Shown here piece by piece: positions 48,922-59,040 of a stretch of DNA of 64,000 bases (position 1 is the stretch's first letter; every line of letters begins with the position of its first letter). Location: positions 55,413-119,412 of the forward strand of contig CAZUBM010000002.1 in the NCBI GenBank assembly GCA_964618805.1. The letters are read 5' to 3'. Origin of the DNA: an uncultured Nitrososphaerota archaeon (lineage in GTDB: Archaea; Korarchaeota; Korarchaeia; Korarchaeales; Korarchaeaceae). Position numbers and translations under genes: made by a program. Under the pieces are notes generated by a model, which was not told where the DNA came from, made no database searches, and saw only the letters and a program-made list of their open reading frames with translations.

Positions 48922-50043
48922 TTGGTGATTAGTTTAATAGAGTCTTATGATGTTGGAAGCTTACCCTTCTCTGGGGATTTTAATAAGTTCTTAGAAGGAG
49001 CGAAAAGCCATTTGGACTCTGAGTCATGGGTTTATTTTGAGCAAAAAGTTGTTGAGAGTTTTTTGGCAAAGATTAAGGCTGGGATAGACGTCCCAAACTT
49101 TCCCCAATTCAGAGATATGATGGAGATGTTCTTGGGGGTTTTAGATGGTATTCAAAGGTCACGAGGAGGATACGTTGTATTAGAACCTATAAGGGTTCGA
49201 AGCGATAAACTCCTGATTCCTGAAGTAAGAGCCATAAGGAGAGCTGCTAACAGAATTTATGAACAAGTTAATGGGATTGTAAAGCTTAAAATATGCATTA
49301 CCGGACCGTACACCCTTTCTACGGTATTTTCGCCAGAAGTAGATCGAACATGGCTTATTGAACAGCTAGGGGAAACTTTGGCAAAGATAGCTGGAGAGAA
49401 TGTTTTCAAAGACAAAAAGGTTGGAGTTGAAATAGTCTCGATGGACGAGCCTATCTTAGGTCTGATAGATGATCCTCTCTTAGATTATGGCTCTAGGACT
49501 AGAGATGTTCTCTTGAAGGCTTGGGATAAGATTTTCTCAGAGTGCAAGTCACGAGGCGCCATAACCTGCATTCACCTCCACAGCACTGCAAACAAAATCT
49601 TCTGGGATTTGGAATTCCTAGATATCGTCGAATCCCATGTTGGAGATCCAATTTATAGCTCTCCGGGAATTAAATCTCTACTTGAGGAAAGAGATATGTT
49701 TTTGAAGGCCAGCATAGCCCGTACCGACTTTGATGCTCTAATCAGAGAGCAAATTGTGAAATCGTGCAAGAATGACCTAACAATAGAGGAAAAGATGGGA
49801 GAGATTTGGAGAAGAATAAAGAAATCTGAAATAGATCCAGCTCAGTTTCTCGAAAACACAAGTGTCCTCGTTAAGAGGCTTGAGAGAGTCCTAGATCTTT
49901 TTGGACCAGAGAGAGTTAAATTTGCAGGTCCTGAGTGCGGATTAAGGTCTTTTCCAAGCTATAAATGTGCAATTGAATGCCTAAAACGTGTTGCAGAGGC
50001 TGTAAAAACTATCAACAAAACTCTTGGATCTAGTCCGGCCTAG
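48922..50043 (+). CDS. Single-barrel cobalamin-independent methionine synthase-like (MetE core / URO-D-MetE fold) protein
   Basis: DVGSLP, PQFRDM, ITGPYTL, DEP, IHLH, GPECGL. Confidence 0.7.
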   Translation: MVISLIESYDVGSLPFSGDFNKFLEGAKSHLDSESWVYFEQKVVESFLAKIKAGIDVPNFPQFRDMMEMFLGVLDGIQRSRGGYVVLEPIRVRSDKLLIPEVRAIRRAANRIYEQVNGIVKLKICITGPYTLSTVFSPEVDRTWLIEQLGETLAKIAGENVFKDKKVGVEIVSMDEPILGLIDDPLLDYGSRTRDVLLKAWDKIFSECKSRGAITCIHLHSTANKIFWDLEFLDIVESHVGDPIYSSPGIKSLLEERDMFLKASIARTDFDALIREQIVKSCKNDLTIEEKMGEIWRRIKKSEIDPAQFLENTSVLVKRLERVLDLFGPERVKFAGPECGLRSFPSYKCAIECLKRVAEAVKTINKTLGSSPA

Positions 50044-50161
50044 ACTGAGCATAACTTGATTGTAAGATTTATTCCCTTATGAGTTAATCAACTTAAGTGA
50101 TGGATTTAAGGCAAATCCTTTTTTCAGATTACCTCGCATATCGTTCTATATATTTTTAGCT

Positions 50162-50431
50162 ATGCTTAACTTTACGTACTACTTTCCAAATATTGCCGAG
50201 CTTATTGGATGGCCTCTTCTAGGGATCGCGGCATCTGCTGCTGGATATAAGGCTATAGAAGACAAGTATATAGTCTCCATATTGTTTGGACCTGAATACC
50301 TAAAGAGGGAGAGAATGCAGGAGAAGGACAAAGGGTTATCAGGTTATCTCTTCTATTTTTCATGGCGCTTGTGCTCTTTGGTGTTATCTTCGGCCTCTAG
50401 CAGGTATGTGATTAACGATATGATTTATTAA
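50162..50431 (+). CDS. Small hypothetical membrane protein or gene remnant
   Basis: 89-aa ORF with hydrophobic segments filling an intergenic gap; no recognisable motif. Confidence 0.3.
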   Translation: MLNFTYYFPNIAELIGWPLLGIAASAAGYKAIEDKYIVSILFGPEYLKRERMQEKDKGLSGYLFYFSWRLCSLVLSSASSRYVINDMIY

Positions 50432-50453
50432 TTCCTTTGGTTTTGACGAATCG

Positions 50454-51914
50454 GTGGTCCTTATTGTGTCCGAAGAGATGAGCGATAGGCCCAAAATCAT
50501 GGTTTATAACACTCTATCTAGAAGAAAGGAAGTTTTCGAGCCTATCCATGGGAACAGAGTTTACATGTACGTATGTGGGCAGACTCCCTATGATGACGCG
50601 CACATGGGACACGCAAAGAACTACGTGAACTACGACATAATAGTCAGGTGGCTGAGGTACAGGAAATACGCCGTTTTTTACATTCAAAATATAACGGATA
50701 TAGAGGATAAGATCATAAACAGGGCTAAGGAAAAAGGAGTGGACTGGCAGGAACTAGTGGAATTCTACATGAAAAGGTTTTTCGAGGATATGGAGGCCCT
50801 TAAAGTAAAACAGAACGTTAATTTGTATCCTAAATCCTCCGATTACATTCCGGAGATAATAGAGCAAATTCAGGGGCTGATAGAGAAGGGATATGCTTAT
50901 GTTGTAGATGACGGTACAGTATACTTCCACGTACCCAAGTTTGAGGACTATACAAAGCTTTCAGGGATGAAGTTAGAGGAGCTAAAGAAGCACAGAATAG
51001 AACCAGATCCAAGGAAGAAAAGTCCATTGGATTTCGCGTTGTGGAAAGCCGCTAAGCCAGGAGAACCATCTTGGCCATCTCCCTGGGGACCTGGGAGACC
51101 TGGATGGCATATTGAAGACACAGCCATGGCCATAACACACTTTGGACCACAATTTGATATTCACGGAGGTGCAACCGAGCTCATCTTCCCACATCACACC
51201 AATGAGATAGCTCAAGCAGAGGCATTGACTGGAAAAAAGCCTTACGTGAAGTACTGGCTTCACGTCGGCGTAATGAACATGAGGGCAGAGAAGATGTCGA
51301 AATCTCTTGGAAATGTTGTTACAATAAGGGAGGTCTTGAACAAGTATGATCCAGAGGTAGTTCGATTATATCTGGCTTCTACTCATTACAGAAAGCCCAT
51401 TGACTTCTCCTGGGATGATCTGGAACTTGCAAAAGAAAGGCTTGAAAGGCTGTACACTGCCATGGAGAACCTGATTGAGCTCAAAGAAAGGAAGGAGCTG
51501 AGACCTGAAGATGAAGAGTTCCTTAGAAAAGTTGAGGAAGGCAAGAAGAATTTTGAAAACTCAATGGACGACGATTTTAACACACCAAGAGCTATAGCCG
51601 CTCTCTTCGAGATAGCTAAAGAGATGAATAAGTTCGCTTCAGAACACGATTCTGTAAACAAAAGGGTTAAGGAAAATGTCTTGAGTACCTACAAAGAGCT
51701 TGGATCGGTGTTGGGCATATTAGAAGAGGAAAGGCTTAGGAAAAGAGCAGAGTTCGAGATTGTCGAAAACCTCATTCAAATAATCGTCGATATAAGAGAG
51801 GAGCTTAGGAAGATGAAGATTTACAATATTTCTGATAGGATAAGAGAGGAGCTTAGGAGAACGGGAATAGAACTTCAAGATACGCCTGAGGGGCCTAAAT
51901 GGAAACTCAAATAA
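50454..51914 (+). CDS. cysS: Cysteine--tRNA ligase
   Basis: YNTL, YVCGQT.YD..HMGH, NITD, DFALWK, GRPGWHIE, DIHGG..LIFPHH.NE, KMSKS, DDFNTP. Confidence 0.95.
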   Translation: MVLIVSEEMSDRPKIMVYNTLSRRKEVFEPIHGNRVYMYVCGQTPYDDAHMGHAKNYVNYDIIVRWLRYRKYAVFYIQNITDIEDKIINRAKEKGVDWQELVEFYMKRFFEDMEALKVKQNVNLYPKSSDYIPEIIEQIQGLIEKGYAYVVDDGTVYFHVPKFEDYTKLSGMKLEELKKHRIEPDPRKKSPLDFALWKAAKPGEPSWPSPWGPGRPGWHIEDTAMAITHFGPQFDIHGGATELIFPHHTNEIAQAEALTGKKPYVKYWLHVGVMNMRAEKMSKSLGNVVTIREVLNKYDPEVVRLYLASTHYRKPIDFSWDDLELAKERLERLYTAMENLIELKERKELRPEDEEFLRKVEEGKKNFENSMDDDFNTPRAIAALFEIAKEMNKFASEHDSVNKRVKENVLSTYKELGSVLGILEEERLRKRAEFEIVENLIQIIVDIREELRKMKIYNISDRIREELRRTGIELQDTPEGPKWKLK

Positions 51915-52465
51915 AAGCAATCTAGAGTAAGAGAAAAAGAATGTAATTTAAAGAAGCTCTCAATTAGACTTCCAATACCAATTTTTATCCCCAACTTTTA
52001 GTGTAAGAAGTCTTATCTCTTGGGTTTGCTTGTTGGGCTTGTTAACGGCAGGATGTATGATGAGGACATAGGCATAAGCTACCATACTTTAGCCCTTAAA
52101 AGAGGCTTAGAGTTGGTGCTCATTTGTTTGTTGCTAAAATGGAGTATCATTTGGAGATGTTAGGCCAGAAATAAGTATGGATTACAGCAGAGAGTCCTAT
52201 AGGGTTTAGAAGCGCGCGCTGGCCAAATATCCCTTTAATTGAACTCTTAATTCTAGATCGGGTCATTCTCCCAAAACATGGCAAGCAAAAGAGGAGAAAT
52301 ATAAGAAATCCTGCAACTAGATATGCTCTATGAATGGAAAACATCTATTAACAGCCCTCAGATTCTCTAAGTGAATGCAACTATCCCCTATTTTATCCTT
52401 TTGTCTCACACCTTTTCTTTTTTCTAAAATAAATTTGGAGTCAAAGATAAACAAGGATTTTTATC

Positions 52466-53230
52466 CTAAATTGGCAAGAATGGTTCTGGAGAGGTTTTTC
52501 TAAGCTTCTTAGAAAGAACTAGGTAAAGCATACCTATGATAACAAAAGATATTACAACTATAAGCCAACTAGGAAGCGCGAAGCCCTCAGTCTTTATGTT
52601 TATACAATAGGTTGGAGAAGCCTTCTCCATTGAAGGGATTACCCAAAGAACGTTATTTTCGGTGTAATTAACTATGCTCTCACCAGGAGATGTACATATT
52701 ATCTTAAACCCTTCAACAACAGTTACGTTTATTTGGTCTATCCACCCCCTGGCTCCCTCATACAGGCCCTCGTATATAGGATCTCTAATACATATCTGAA
52801 ATTCTCTCCCTTTCTTAGTTATAGATGTGGAGTTGGAAAGGTTTACGTCGGCTGTTAACCAGATCTTCCAATTGTTAACATCTATCTCTATCCCTCTCCT
52901 CCTAACTTCAGAAGGATCAATCCAAAGCGAGTCAGCTATGAACTTCTCGAGGTCGGATGCTAGGTTAGCCCTTTGTTGCGCATATAGGGAAGATATTAGG
53001 AACCATGAGAACTGATCCATAGCCTTAAATGTCAGCACAACCTTGACTTCTTTTACAGAAAGGACCTGAAGGTCAAGATACACCTCATGATTTCCTGGAG
53101 GTAGAAATTCTGCTTTAGACTCAAGATAATGGCTTCTCACACTGCAATTTGCCGAGATGATTTCAGAGAGCATCGATCCTAACAATAAAGTAAGCGATAA
53201 GAAGAGTAACAGATGTTTCCCCCATGACAT
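52466..53230 (-). CDS. Hypothetical surface protein with signal peptide and C-terminal TM anchor
   Basis: Hydrophobic N-terminus, several NxS/T sequons, C-terminal TM followed by KKLRK. Confidence 0.7.
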   Translation of the reverse strand: MSWGKHLLLFLSLTLLLGSMLSEIISANCSVRSHYLESKAEFLPPGNHEVYLDLQVLSVKEVKVVLTFKAMDQFSWFLISSLYAQQRANLASDLEKFIADSLWIDPSEVRRRGIEIDVNNWKIWLTADVNLSNSTSITKKGREFQICIRDPIYEGLYEGARGWIDQINVTVVEGFKIICTSPGESIVNYTENNVLWVIPSMEKASPTYCINIKTEGFALPSWLIVVISFVIIGMLYLVLSKKLRKTSPEPFLPI

Positions 53231-53285
53231 CAGCCATACTTTATCTGGAGTAATTTAAATACGTGTTCTAAGAGAATCCGATTGA

Positions 53286-54140
53286 ATGAGGGCAGAATCA
53301 CTTGAACTTGCAGCTTTGTTCCTTGCTGTTACAATATTGCTGACAACAACCTTAACTAAGTTAGTCATAACGTTTCCAGAGACTTTTATGAGAAGAACCG
53401 TCGTTACAGGAGGCAACCCAGCTTTAAGGACGCCAATTGCCCTTCTATTAGTCTGCACTTTTATATCATTGATTTACCTTCTTGGCAAGGAGAAATATGT
53501 TCGCTACCTTTTTGCGGGAACATCCAAGAGGAGAACTTGGATCGACTATCTAGCATGGTTCATAGTACTTTTACTAGCAGCATACTATTTCGCGAAATCG
53601 CCTGAAACAGCAAAATCCGTTTCGAACAATACCTCTTTGATATCTCTGCCTCCGGTTGAGGAAATTTCAAGGCCCACAACTCCTGCCTCAAATGAAACCA
53701 TGCCTATACCTTCCTCTTCCAGTGGATGGAGCTCCATCCTGAATGCACTTCCCATACTCGCTGTGGCAATATTGATTGCCATATACCTAAGTTCGGAGAA
53801 ATTGGCTGAAATAGTCGCTCCAAAGAGGATGGAAGCAAAGGAACTTCTTGATTTTGTTGAAATATCCGGAAATCCTAGAGAAGCCATAATAAGGGCTTAT
53901 AGGAATGCGATAGTCTTCCTAACAAGGAAGGGCCTTCCATATAGAGAAGCTTGGACTCACAGAGAGCACGAGGCCTTCGTAGTCCCTAAGTTAGGGGAAT
54001 CAGCCATAAATTTGTCATCTTTAGCCTCTCTTTTTGAGATCGCCAAATATAGCAAGAAAAAAGTGAACAAACACGATGTCTCCACAGCTATCGAATACTA
54101 TGAGAGGCTTACGCGGGGGATGAAGGATGGAAGGACGTAA
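53286..54140 (+). CDS. DUF4129-domain membrane protein (MoxR module)
   Basis: 4 TM segments; C-terminal PREAIIRAY...G....T.RE....L..LFE.AKYS. Confidence 0.8.
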   Translation: MRAESLELAALFLAVTILLTTTLTKLVITFPETFMRRTVVTGGNPALRTPIALLLVCTFISLIYLLGKEKYVRYLFAGTSKRRTWIDYLAWFIVLLLAAYYFAKSPETAKSVSNNTSLISLPPVEEISRPTTPASNETMPIPSSSSGWSSILNALPILAVAILIAIYLSSEKLAEIVAPKRMEAKELLDFVEISGNPREAIIRAYRNAIVFLTRKGLPYREAWTHREHEAFVVPKLGESAINLSSLASLFEIAKYSKKKVNKHDVSTAIEYYERLTRGMKDGRT

Positions 54141-54606
54141 CGCACTCAAGCTGATTTATTTCGCTTCCCTCATCATCTCTTCGATCCTACCCCAGTCGTT
54201 CTTAATAAGATGGCTTTCAATGATCCTTCTTTCTGCCTCATTAGTAAGCCTTCTAATGATGAAGGTTGGTAAGATGGCCACCCCATTACCCGATCCAAAG
54301 AGCTTCTACAACTTCATCAACGAGACGCGTATGGGAAAGTTGACCAGAACCTCTGACATAATTAGAAGGGCTTCAATTGGTTATTCTTTTGCAAGGGAAA
54401 TGGTTGTAGAAAGGATCTTAGATATTTTAGCCCACAACTTTCCTATTGCATCAAAAAATGAGATAAGAAGAGATCCGAGGAAATACATTCCCAGTGGACC
54501 TCTTCTTGATCTACTTGAGGGAAAGGAGGAAGTGAAGGGGAGCGAATACCTCAATTTGTTGGAATTAGCCCTCAAACAGATCGATATAAGGGGTGAAATA
54601 ACATGA
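54127..54606 (+). CDS. Hypothetical membrane protein (MoxR module)
   Basis: Two N-terminal TM segments; overlaps both neighbours. Confidence 0.7.
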   Translation: MEGRNALKLIYFASLIISSILPQSFLIRWLSMILLSASLVSLLMMKVGKMATPLPDPKSFYNFINETRMGKLTRTSDIIRRASIGYSFAREMVVERILDILAHNFPIASKNEIRRDPRKYIPSGPLLDLLEGKEEVKGSEYLNLLELALKQIDIRGEIT

Positions 54607-55553
54607 AGATAGATGAAGTCAGCAGGAATGCAACGAAGATGCTTGAAGAGATCTCCACAGTTATAGTAGGAAAAGAGAATGTGCTAGAACTCTTGTTGGC
54701 AAGCGTTTTGGCAAACGGGCATGTGCTTATAGAGGACGTTCCAGGATTGGCAAAGACGATGATGGCAAGGTGTCTAGCTAGCGTGATGACCTGCAAGTTC
54801 TCCAGGATACAGTTTACTCCAGACCTACTGCCAGCTGATATAATTGGAACCTATGTATTCAATCAGAAGACTGGAGAGTTCTACCTGAGAAAGGGGCCAA
54901 TATTCGCAAACATAGTTCTTGGAGATGAGATTAATAGAGCTCCTCCCAAGACTCAATCAGCACTACTCGAAGCCATGCAGGAAAGACAGGTTACAATAGA
55001 AGGAGAGACTCACAAGTTAGAGCAACCCTTCATAGTGATTGCAACTCAAAATCCCATAGAGTATGAGGGAACTTATCCTTTACCAGCCGCTCAACTTGAC
55101 AGGTTCCTCATCAGGCTGAACATAGGATATCCAGAGAGGGGAGAGGAGATAGAAATCCTGAAAAGAAGGATATCTAGAAAGAGTGATTACTTTACCTTAA
55201 CACCAGTAGTAAGCGCGGAGGAGGTTATTGAAATGCAGAAAGCAGTTGAGGAGGTTCACGTTGACGACAGCGTGCTTGAGTACATCGTTGATTTAGTAAG
55301 AGCAACTAGAGAAGCCAGCGAGACCGAAGTCGGATCCTCACCTAGGGGCTCTCTAGCCCTTCTTAAGCTTTCAAGAGCCCTAGCAGCAATAAGGGGAAGG
55401 GATTATGTGATTCCAGATGACGTAAAGAGGGTAGCAATACCTGCTCTTGCCCACAGGCTCATCCTCAGAAGGGAGTTTTGGTATACTAATGTAACGCAAG
55501 AGTCCATCGTCGGGAGGCTGCTGGAGACTGTTGAAGTCCCAAAATTCGCCTGA
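54603..55553 (+). CDS. moxR: MoxR-family AAA+ ATPase
   Basis: GHVLIEDVPGLAKT, RIQFTPDLLPAD, DEINRAPPKTQSALLEAM, ATQNPIE.EGTYPLP.AQLDRF. Confidence 0.95.
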   Translation: MKIDEVSRNATKMLEEISTVIVGKENVLELLLASVLANGHVLIEDVPGLAKTMMARCLASVMTCKFSRIQFTPDLLPADIIGTYVFNQKTGEFYLRKGPIFANIVLGDEINRAPPKTQSALLEAMQERQVTIEGETHKLEQPFIVIATQNPIEYEGTYPLPAAQLDRFLIRLNIGYPERGEEIEILKRRISRKSDYFTLTPVVSAEEVIEMQKAVEEVHVDDSVLEYIVDLVRATREASETEVGSSPRGSLALLKLSRALAAIRGRDYVIPDDVKRVAIPALAHRLILRREFWYTNVTQESIVGRLLETVEVPKFA

Positions 55554-56814
55554 ATCTAATTTTTTGTTCAGTAACGTGGCCACAATTCTTGCAGCTTCCG
55601 CTTTTGTCTCAATAATTCTGGCAGTGGCTACCATGAGATGGTGGCTTCTAGCGTCTTTATACCCAATTCTTTTTGTTTTCTTTTTCTCGCGATTTTTAGT
55701 AAAGAAGCCAGTTTTACAAGTTCAAAGAGTTCTGAATAAGGAGCTTGTAATTGAAGGCGAGGATGTGGAAATCAAGATTAATGTACATAACACTGGTCCT
55801 TCATTAAACTTGGCATTAGTGAGTGACTTCGTTCCAGAGAATCTGAAATTAATTGAAGGCAACCCCTCACATCTTGTATCATTAAAATCGGGAAAAACAT
55901 GGGAGTTCAAATATAAGATAGCGACAAAGAGAGGAATGTGGGCATTTGAGAAAATTCAGATCGATGTGCTAGATCCCCTTGGCCTTTTCACATGGAGGCA
56001 AATAATTCCGGTTAGAAACTACTTAACAGCCCTTCCAAAAGTTGCTTGGGTGAAAAGAGTTGAGCTAAGAGCTTTAAGAACGAGACCAACTCCAGGACAC
56101 GTTCCCTCAAAGATGATAGGTGAAGGAACCGACTTTCACAGCCTTAGAGAGTACATTCCAGGGGATGCAATGCGAAAGATAAATTGGAAGGCAACTGCAA
56201 GACATGCCAAACTTATCTCAAACGAATACGAGGCCGGGAAGAGGGCTGACGTTATAATAGTCATAGACTCTAGGGAAGTCAATGCCCTTGGAGGAAGAAT
56301 AAACGCTCTAGACTACTCCGCAAGGGCAGCTGCATCAATAGCTCATTATGTCTTAGAGGTAGGGAACAGAGTAGGTCTAATTTCCTTGGGAGGAGTGCCT
56401 AGGTGGGTTCATCCCGATCATGGATCCAGGCACTTCCTTAGACTTGCATATACTCTAAGCTCTTTAGAGCCCAGAGGAAAAGAGCCATTTGATTTCCTCA
56501 TAAGAAACTTTGTCAATGTATATCTAACTCCTGGAGCTCAGATAATCATAATTTCTCCTTTTTTGGATGAATCTGTAGCTAAAGGAGTCAAGATTCTGAG
56601 GAGGTCCGGATTTAAGGTCATTGTGGTTTCGCCATCCCCAATCTCAATTGAATCCAAGGTTGTTGAAGGAGAAAGAGAGATAACACTTGCGTCAAGAATG
56701 TTAGAGTTGGAAAGAGATGCCTTGATAAGGAAGATGGCAGAAGATGCCGAAGTCTATAACTGGGACGTAAATCGACCGCTTAGGACAGTCCTTGGAGGGA
56801 TGAAAATTGGATAG
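55531..56814 (+). CDS. DUF58 (VWA-like) protein
   Basis: G.DFHSLREY.PGD.MRKINWKATAR, IVIDS; N-terminal TMs; follows moxR. Confidence 0.9.
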   Translation: MKSQNSPESNFLFSNVATILAASAFVSIILAVATMRWWLLASLYPILFVFFFSRFLVKKPVLQVQRVLNKELVIEGEDVEIKINVHNTGPSLNLALVSDFVPENLKLIEGNPSHLVSLKSGKTWEFKYKIATKRGMWAFEKIQIDVLDPLGLFTWRQIIPVRNYLTALPKVAWVKRVELRALRTRPTPGHVPSKMIGEGTDFHSLREYIPGDAMRKINWKATARHAKLISNEYEAGKRADVIIVIDSREVNALGGRINALDYSARAAASIAHYVLEVGNRVGLISLGGVPRWVHPDHGSRHFLRLAYTLSSLEPRGKEPFDFLIRNFVNVYLTPGAQIIIISPFLDESVAKGVKILRRSGFKVIVVSPSPISIESKVVEGEREITLASRMLELERDALIRKMAEDAEVYNWDVNRPLRTVLGGMKIG

Positions 56815-57280
56815 CTGGGTCCCACTAGGTATCCTTTCATCGATTCTTCTTGTCGTTAGCCTGATTTACTCGTCCCTATCCAATAATTCCTTGCTGACAA
56901 CAATCCTTGGGATGCTTTGTCTAATTCTGCTTCTGCTCAAAAGTGGTAAGGCATATGACTTGATTGCACCCGCCTTCTGGATAACATGTCTAGTAACAGC
57001 GGCATCTGACTATAGGAAAGCAACAGTTCTTACGACTTTCTTTGTCCTATACTATCCGATAGGCAGAATCTACGTCAATTTTGCTGGATCACATTCGAAG
57101 CTCGATGCAGCTATTAGATACATTTTGCTAGCTCTTTTAATGGCAATTGGAGGAGGTATGCTTCCAACTATATTAATACCCGTCTTTAGTAGTTTTCCAG
57201 CAGCCATAGAAGCCTCAACATCGCTGACAATCCTTCTCATTTTACTTTTCGAGTTTTTGAGAAGATCTCTTGGGAAATAA
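56807..57280 (+). CDS. Hypothetical integral membrane protein (MoxR module)
   Basis: 157 aa, mostly hydrophobic, overlaps the DUF58 stop. Confidence 0.7.
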   Translation: MDSWVPLGILSSILLVVSLIYSSLSNNSLLTTILGMLCLILLLLKSGKAYDLIAPAFWITCLVTAASDYRKATVLTTFFVLYYPIGRIYVNFAGSHSKLDAAIRYILLALLMAIGGGMLPTILIPVFSSFPAAIEASTSLTILLILLFEFLRRSLGK

Positions 57281-57315
57281 CGATTGATGGAAGGGAAACA
57301 CGTATTAAGTAAGCA

Positions 57316-58038
57316 TTGAGGTTTTACTCGATGGCAAAATCCTTGACTGAGTTATACAAGACCTTTTTCATAGTAGCTCACAGAGGAGCCAGTGCTTATG
57401 AACCAGAAAACACAATTCGATCGATAAGAAGGGCCTTTGAAATGGGAGCAGATGCTGTTGAAGTCGACGCAAGGATTTCAAAGGATGGTCATGTTGTAAT
57501 AATCCATGATGAAACAGTTGACAGGACCACCAATGGCTCTGGCAGAGTCTCAGAGCTTTTGCTTGAGGAAATAAGGGCTCTGGATGCCGGAAGGGGAGAA
57601 AAAGTTCCGATACTTGAAGAAGTCTTGGACGAGATTATGGGGAAAGGATGTCTGTTCTTAGAGATAAAGGAAGAAAGAGCCGCTGTTCCAAGCCTACGTA
57701 TAGTCATGGAGAGAAGAATGATTGAAAGCGTGCTTTTCATATCTTTCAGCTCTAATGCCCTCTTCTCCATTAAAAAGATAGATAGAAAAGCTCATACGGG
57801 CTTTCTTTACATAAAACCCATTGATGGAATAGTAAAAGCCAAAAAGCTGGGTTGTGAAGTAGTCCTCCCTTATTATCGCCTAGCTACACAGAAAGCAGTG
57901 GCATTTGCCCATAGAATGGGGCTAAAAGTGGTTCCTTGGACTATCGATGAACTTGAGATAGCTAGGGAACTTAAGAATAAGGGGGTGGATGGAATAGCTA
58001 CTAATACACCAGATCAAATGATCAGACTTACGCTCTAA
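57316..58038 (+). CDS. glpQ: Glycerophosphodiester phosphodiesterase
   Basis: VAHRGAS..PENT, E.D...SKDG..VI.HD..VDRTTNG, WTID, GVDGI.TN. Confidence 0.92.
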   Translation: MRFYSMAKSLTELYKTFFIVAHRGASAYEPENTIRSIRRAFEMGADAVEVDARISKDGHVVIIHDETVDRTTNGSGRVSELLLEEIRALDAGRGEKVPILEEVLDEIMGKGCLFLEIKEERAAVPSLRIVMERRMIESVLFISFSSNALFSIKKIDRKAHTGFLYIKPIDGIVKAKKLGCEVVLPYYRLATQKAVAFAHRMGLKVVPWTIDELEIARELKNKGVDGIATNTPDQMIRLTL

Positions 58039-58166
58039 CTCACAAGTATAACGCTGAAGGATAAACAATCTAACAAAACATCTTTCAAAAAAGATGATAT
58101 AAGGAAGAGATTAACTGGAATAAGCATATGCCGAACTAGATAATTATTTAGGGAAAGTTAGCCTCA

Positions 58167-58949
58167 TTGAACTGGATTATGGTGCGTGTAGAAACGAGGT
58201 TGAGTTTTGAGGATTATTTCTGGAGAGGTGTTGATCTGAACGGGAAAGTGATCTTGGATGCAGGAACGGGATTCGGCATTACAACATTGGAAATTGCTAA
58301 AAGATTAAGTATTCAAAAGCAGAAGGGCAGAATCATAAGTGTTGACATAGATCCGCACTGTTTTGAGCTTGCTAAGAGACGTCTGGAAGAGCATGGACTA
58401 AGGGATATGGTAACTTTCGTTAGGGCAGACCTCTCGCACATGCCACAAATAGGTTCCGAATCCATAGATGTTGTGATTTCAACCAGAACAATATCTGACA
58501 TCAATCGACTTCCTTGCCGCCTTCTTAGAGCAATTTCTGAGTTTTATAGGGTTTTGAGAAAAGGAGGACATATAGTTCTGAGCGATGAATGTCCACGTTT
58601 CTTACCCTTATCTGAAGAGGAGGAAGTTGCTGTTATGAGATGGCAGCTTGCTAAGGCAATTTCACACCTTATAGGAAGGCCTCATGCAAACGAAATTGAG
58701 CCCGGGGATCTAGAGTTTATGATGGAGCTTGTTGGTTTCAGGAGATGCGAGTGGGCCATTTTTAAGGGAGAAAAGATACCGGAAAGAAGAATAAACCATT
58801 TCATCACTAAGTCCAAGGAAATAATCCCTAAGATAGGACATACAGGGTTAAGAAACGCTTTTTTAGAAGCAATAATGGATGTGAAAAGAGATTTCAAAGA
58901 GAAAGGTGGTGTTTTTCCTCCAAAATACATCATCCATGCTATGAAATAG
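58167..58949 (+). CDS. Class I SAM-dependent methyltransferase
   Basis: ILDAGTGFG, SVDID, RADL, EFYRVLRKGG. Confidence 0.85.
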   Translation: MNWIMVRVETRLSFEDYFWRGVDLNGKVILDAGTGFGITTLEIAKRLSIQKQKGRIISVDIDPHCFELAKRRLEEHGLRDMVTFVRADLSHMPQIGSESIDVVISTRTISDINRLPCRLLRAISEFYRVLRKGGHIVLSDECPRFLPLSEEEEVAVMRWQLAKAISHLIGRPHANEIEPGDLEFMMELVGFRRCEWAIFKGEKIPERRINHFITKSKEIIPKIGHTGLRNAFLEAIMDVKRDFKEKGGVFPPKYIIHAMK

Positions 58950-59040
58950 TTTCAAGGGATTTTCTTTTCAGAATACTTTACTAAAATAGTAGTAGAGTTA
59001 AATCCCATCACATGAGCTTAGAGTTGGTGATACATGCTCT

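Noticed and set aside
52040-52345. Possible polysaccharide-deacetylase remnant (ITAESPIGFRSARWP) and ORF 52147..52344
   Set aside because: Only a short GFR motif resemblance in stop-riddled sequence; cannot be supported without BLASTX.
52105-59030. 14-bp repeat GCTTAGAGTTGGTG in two intergenic regions
   Set aside because: Several 14-mer matches are expected by chance in 64 kb, and the flanks do not extend the match.
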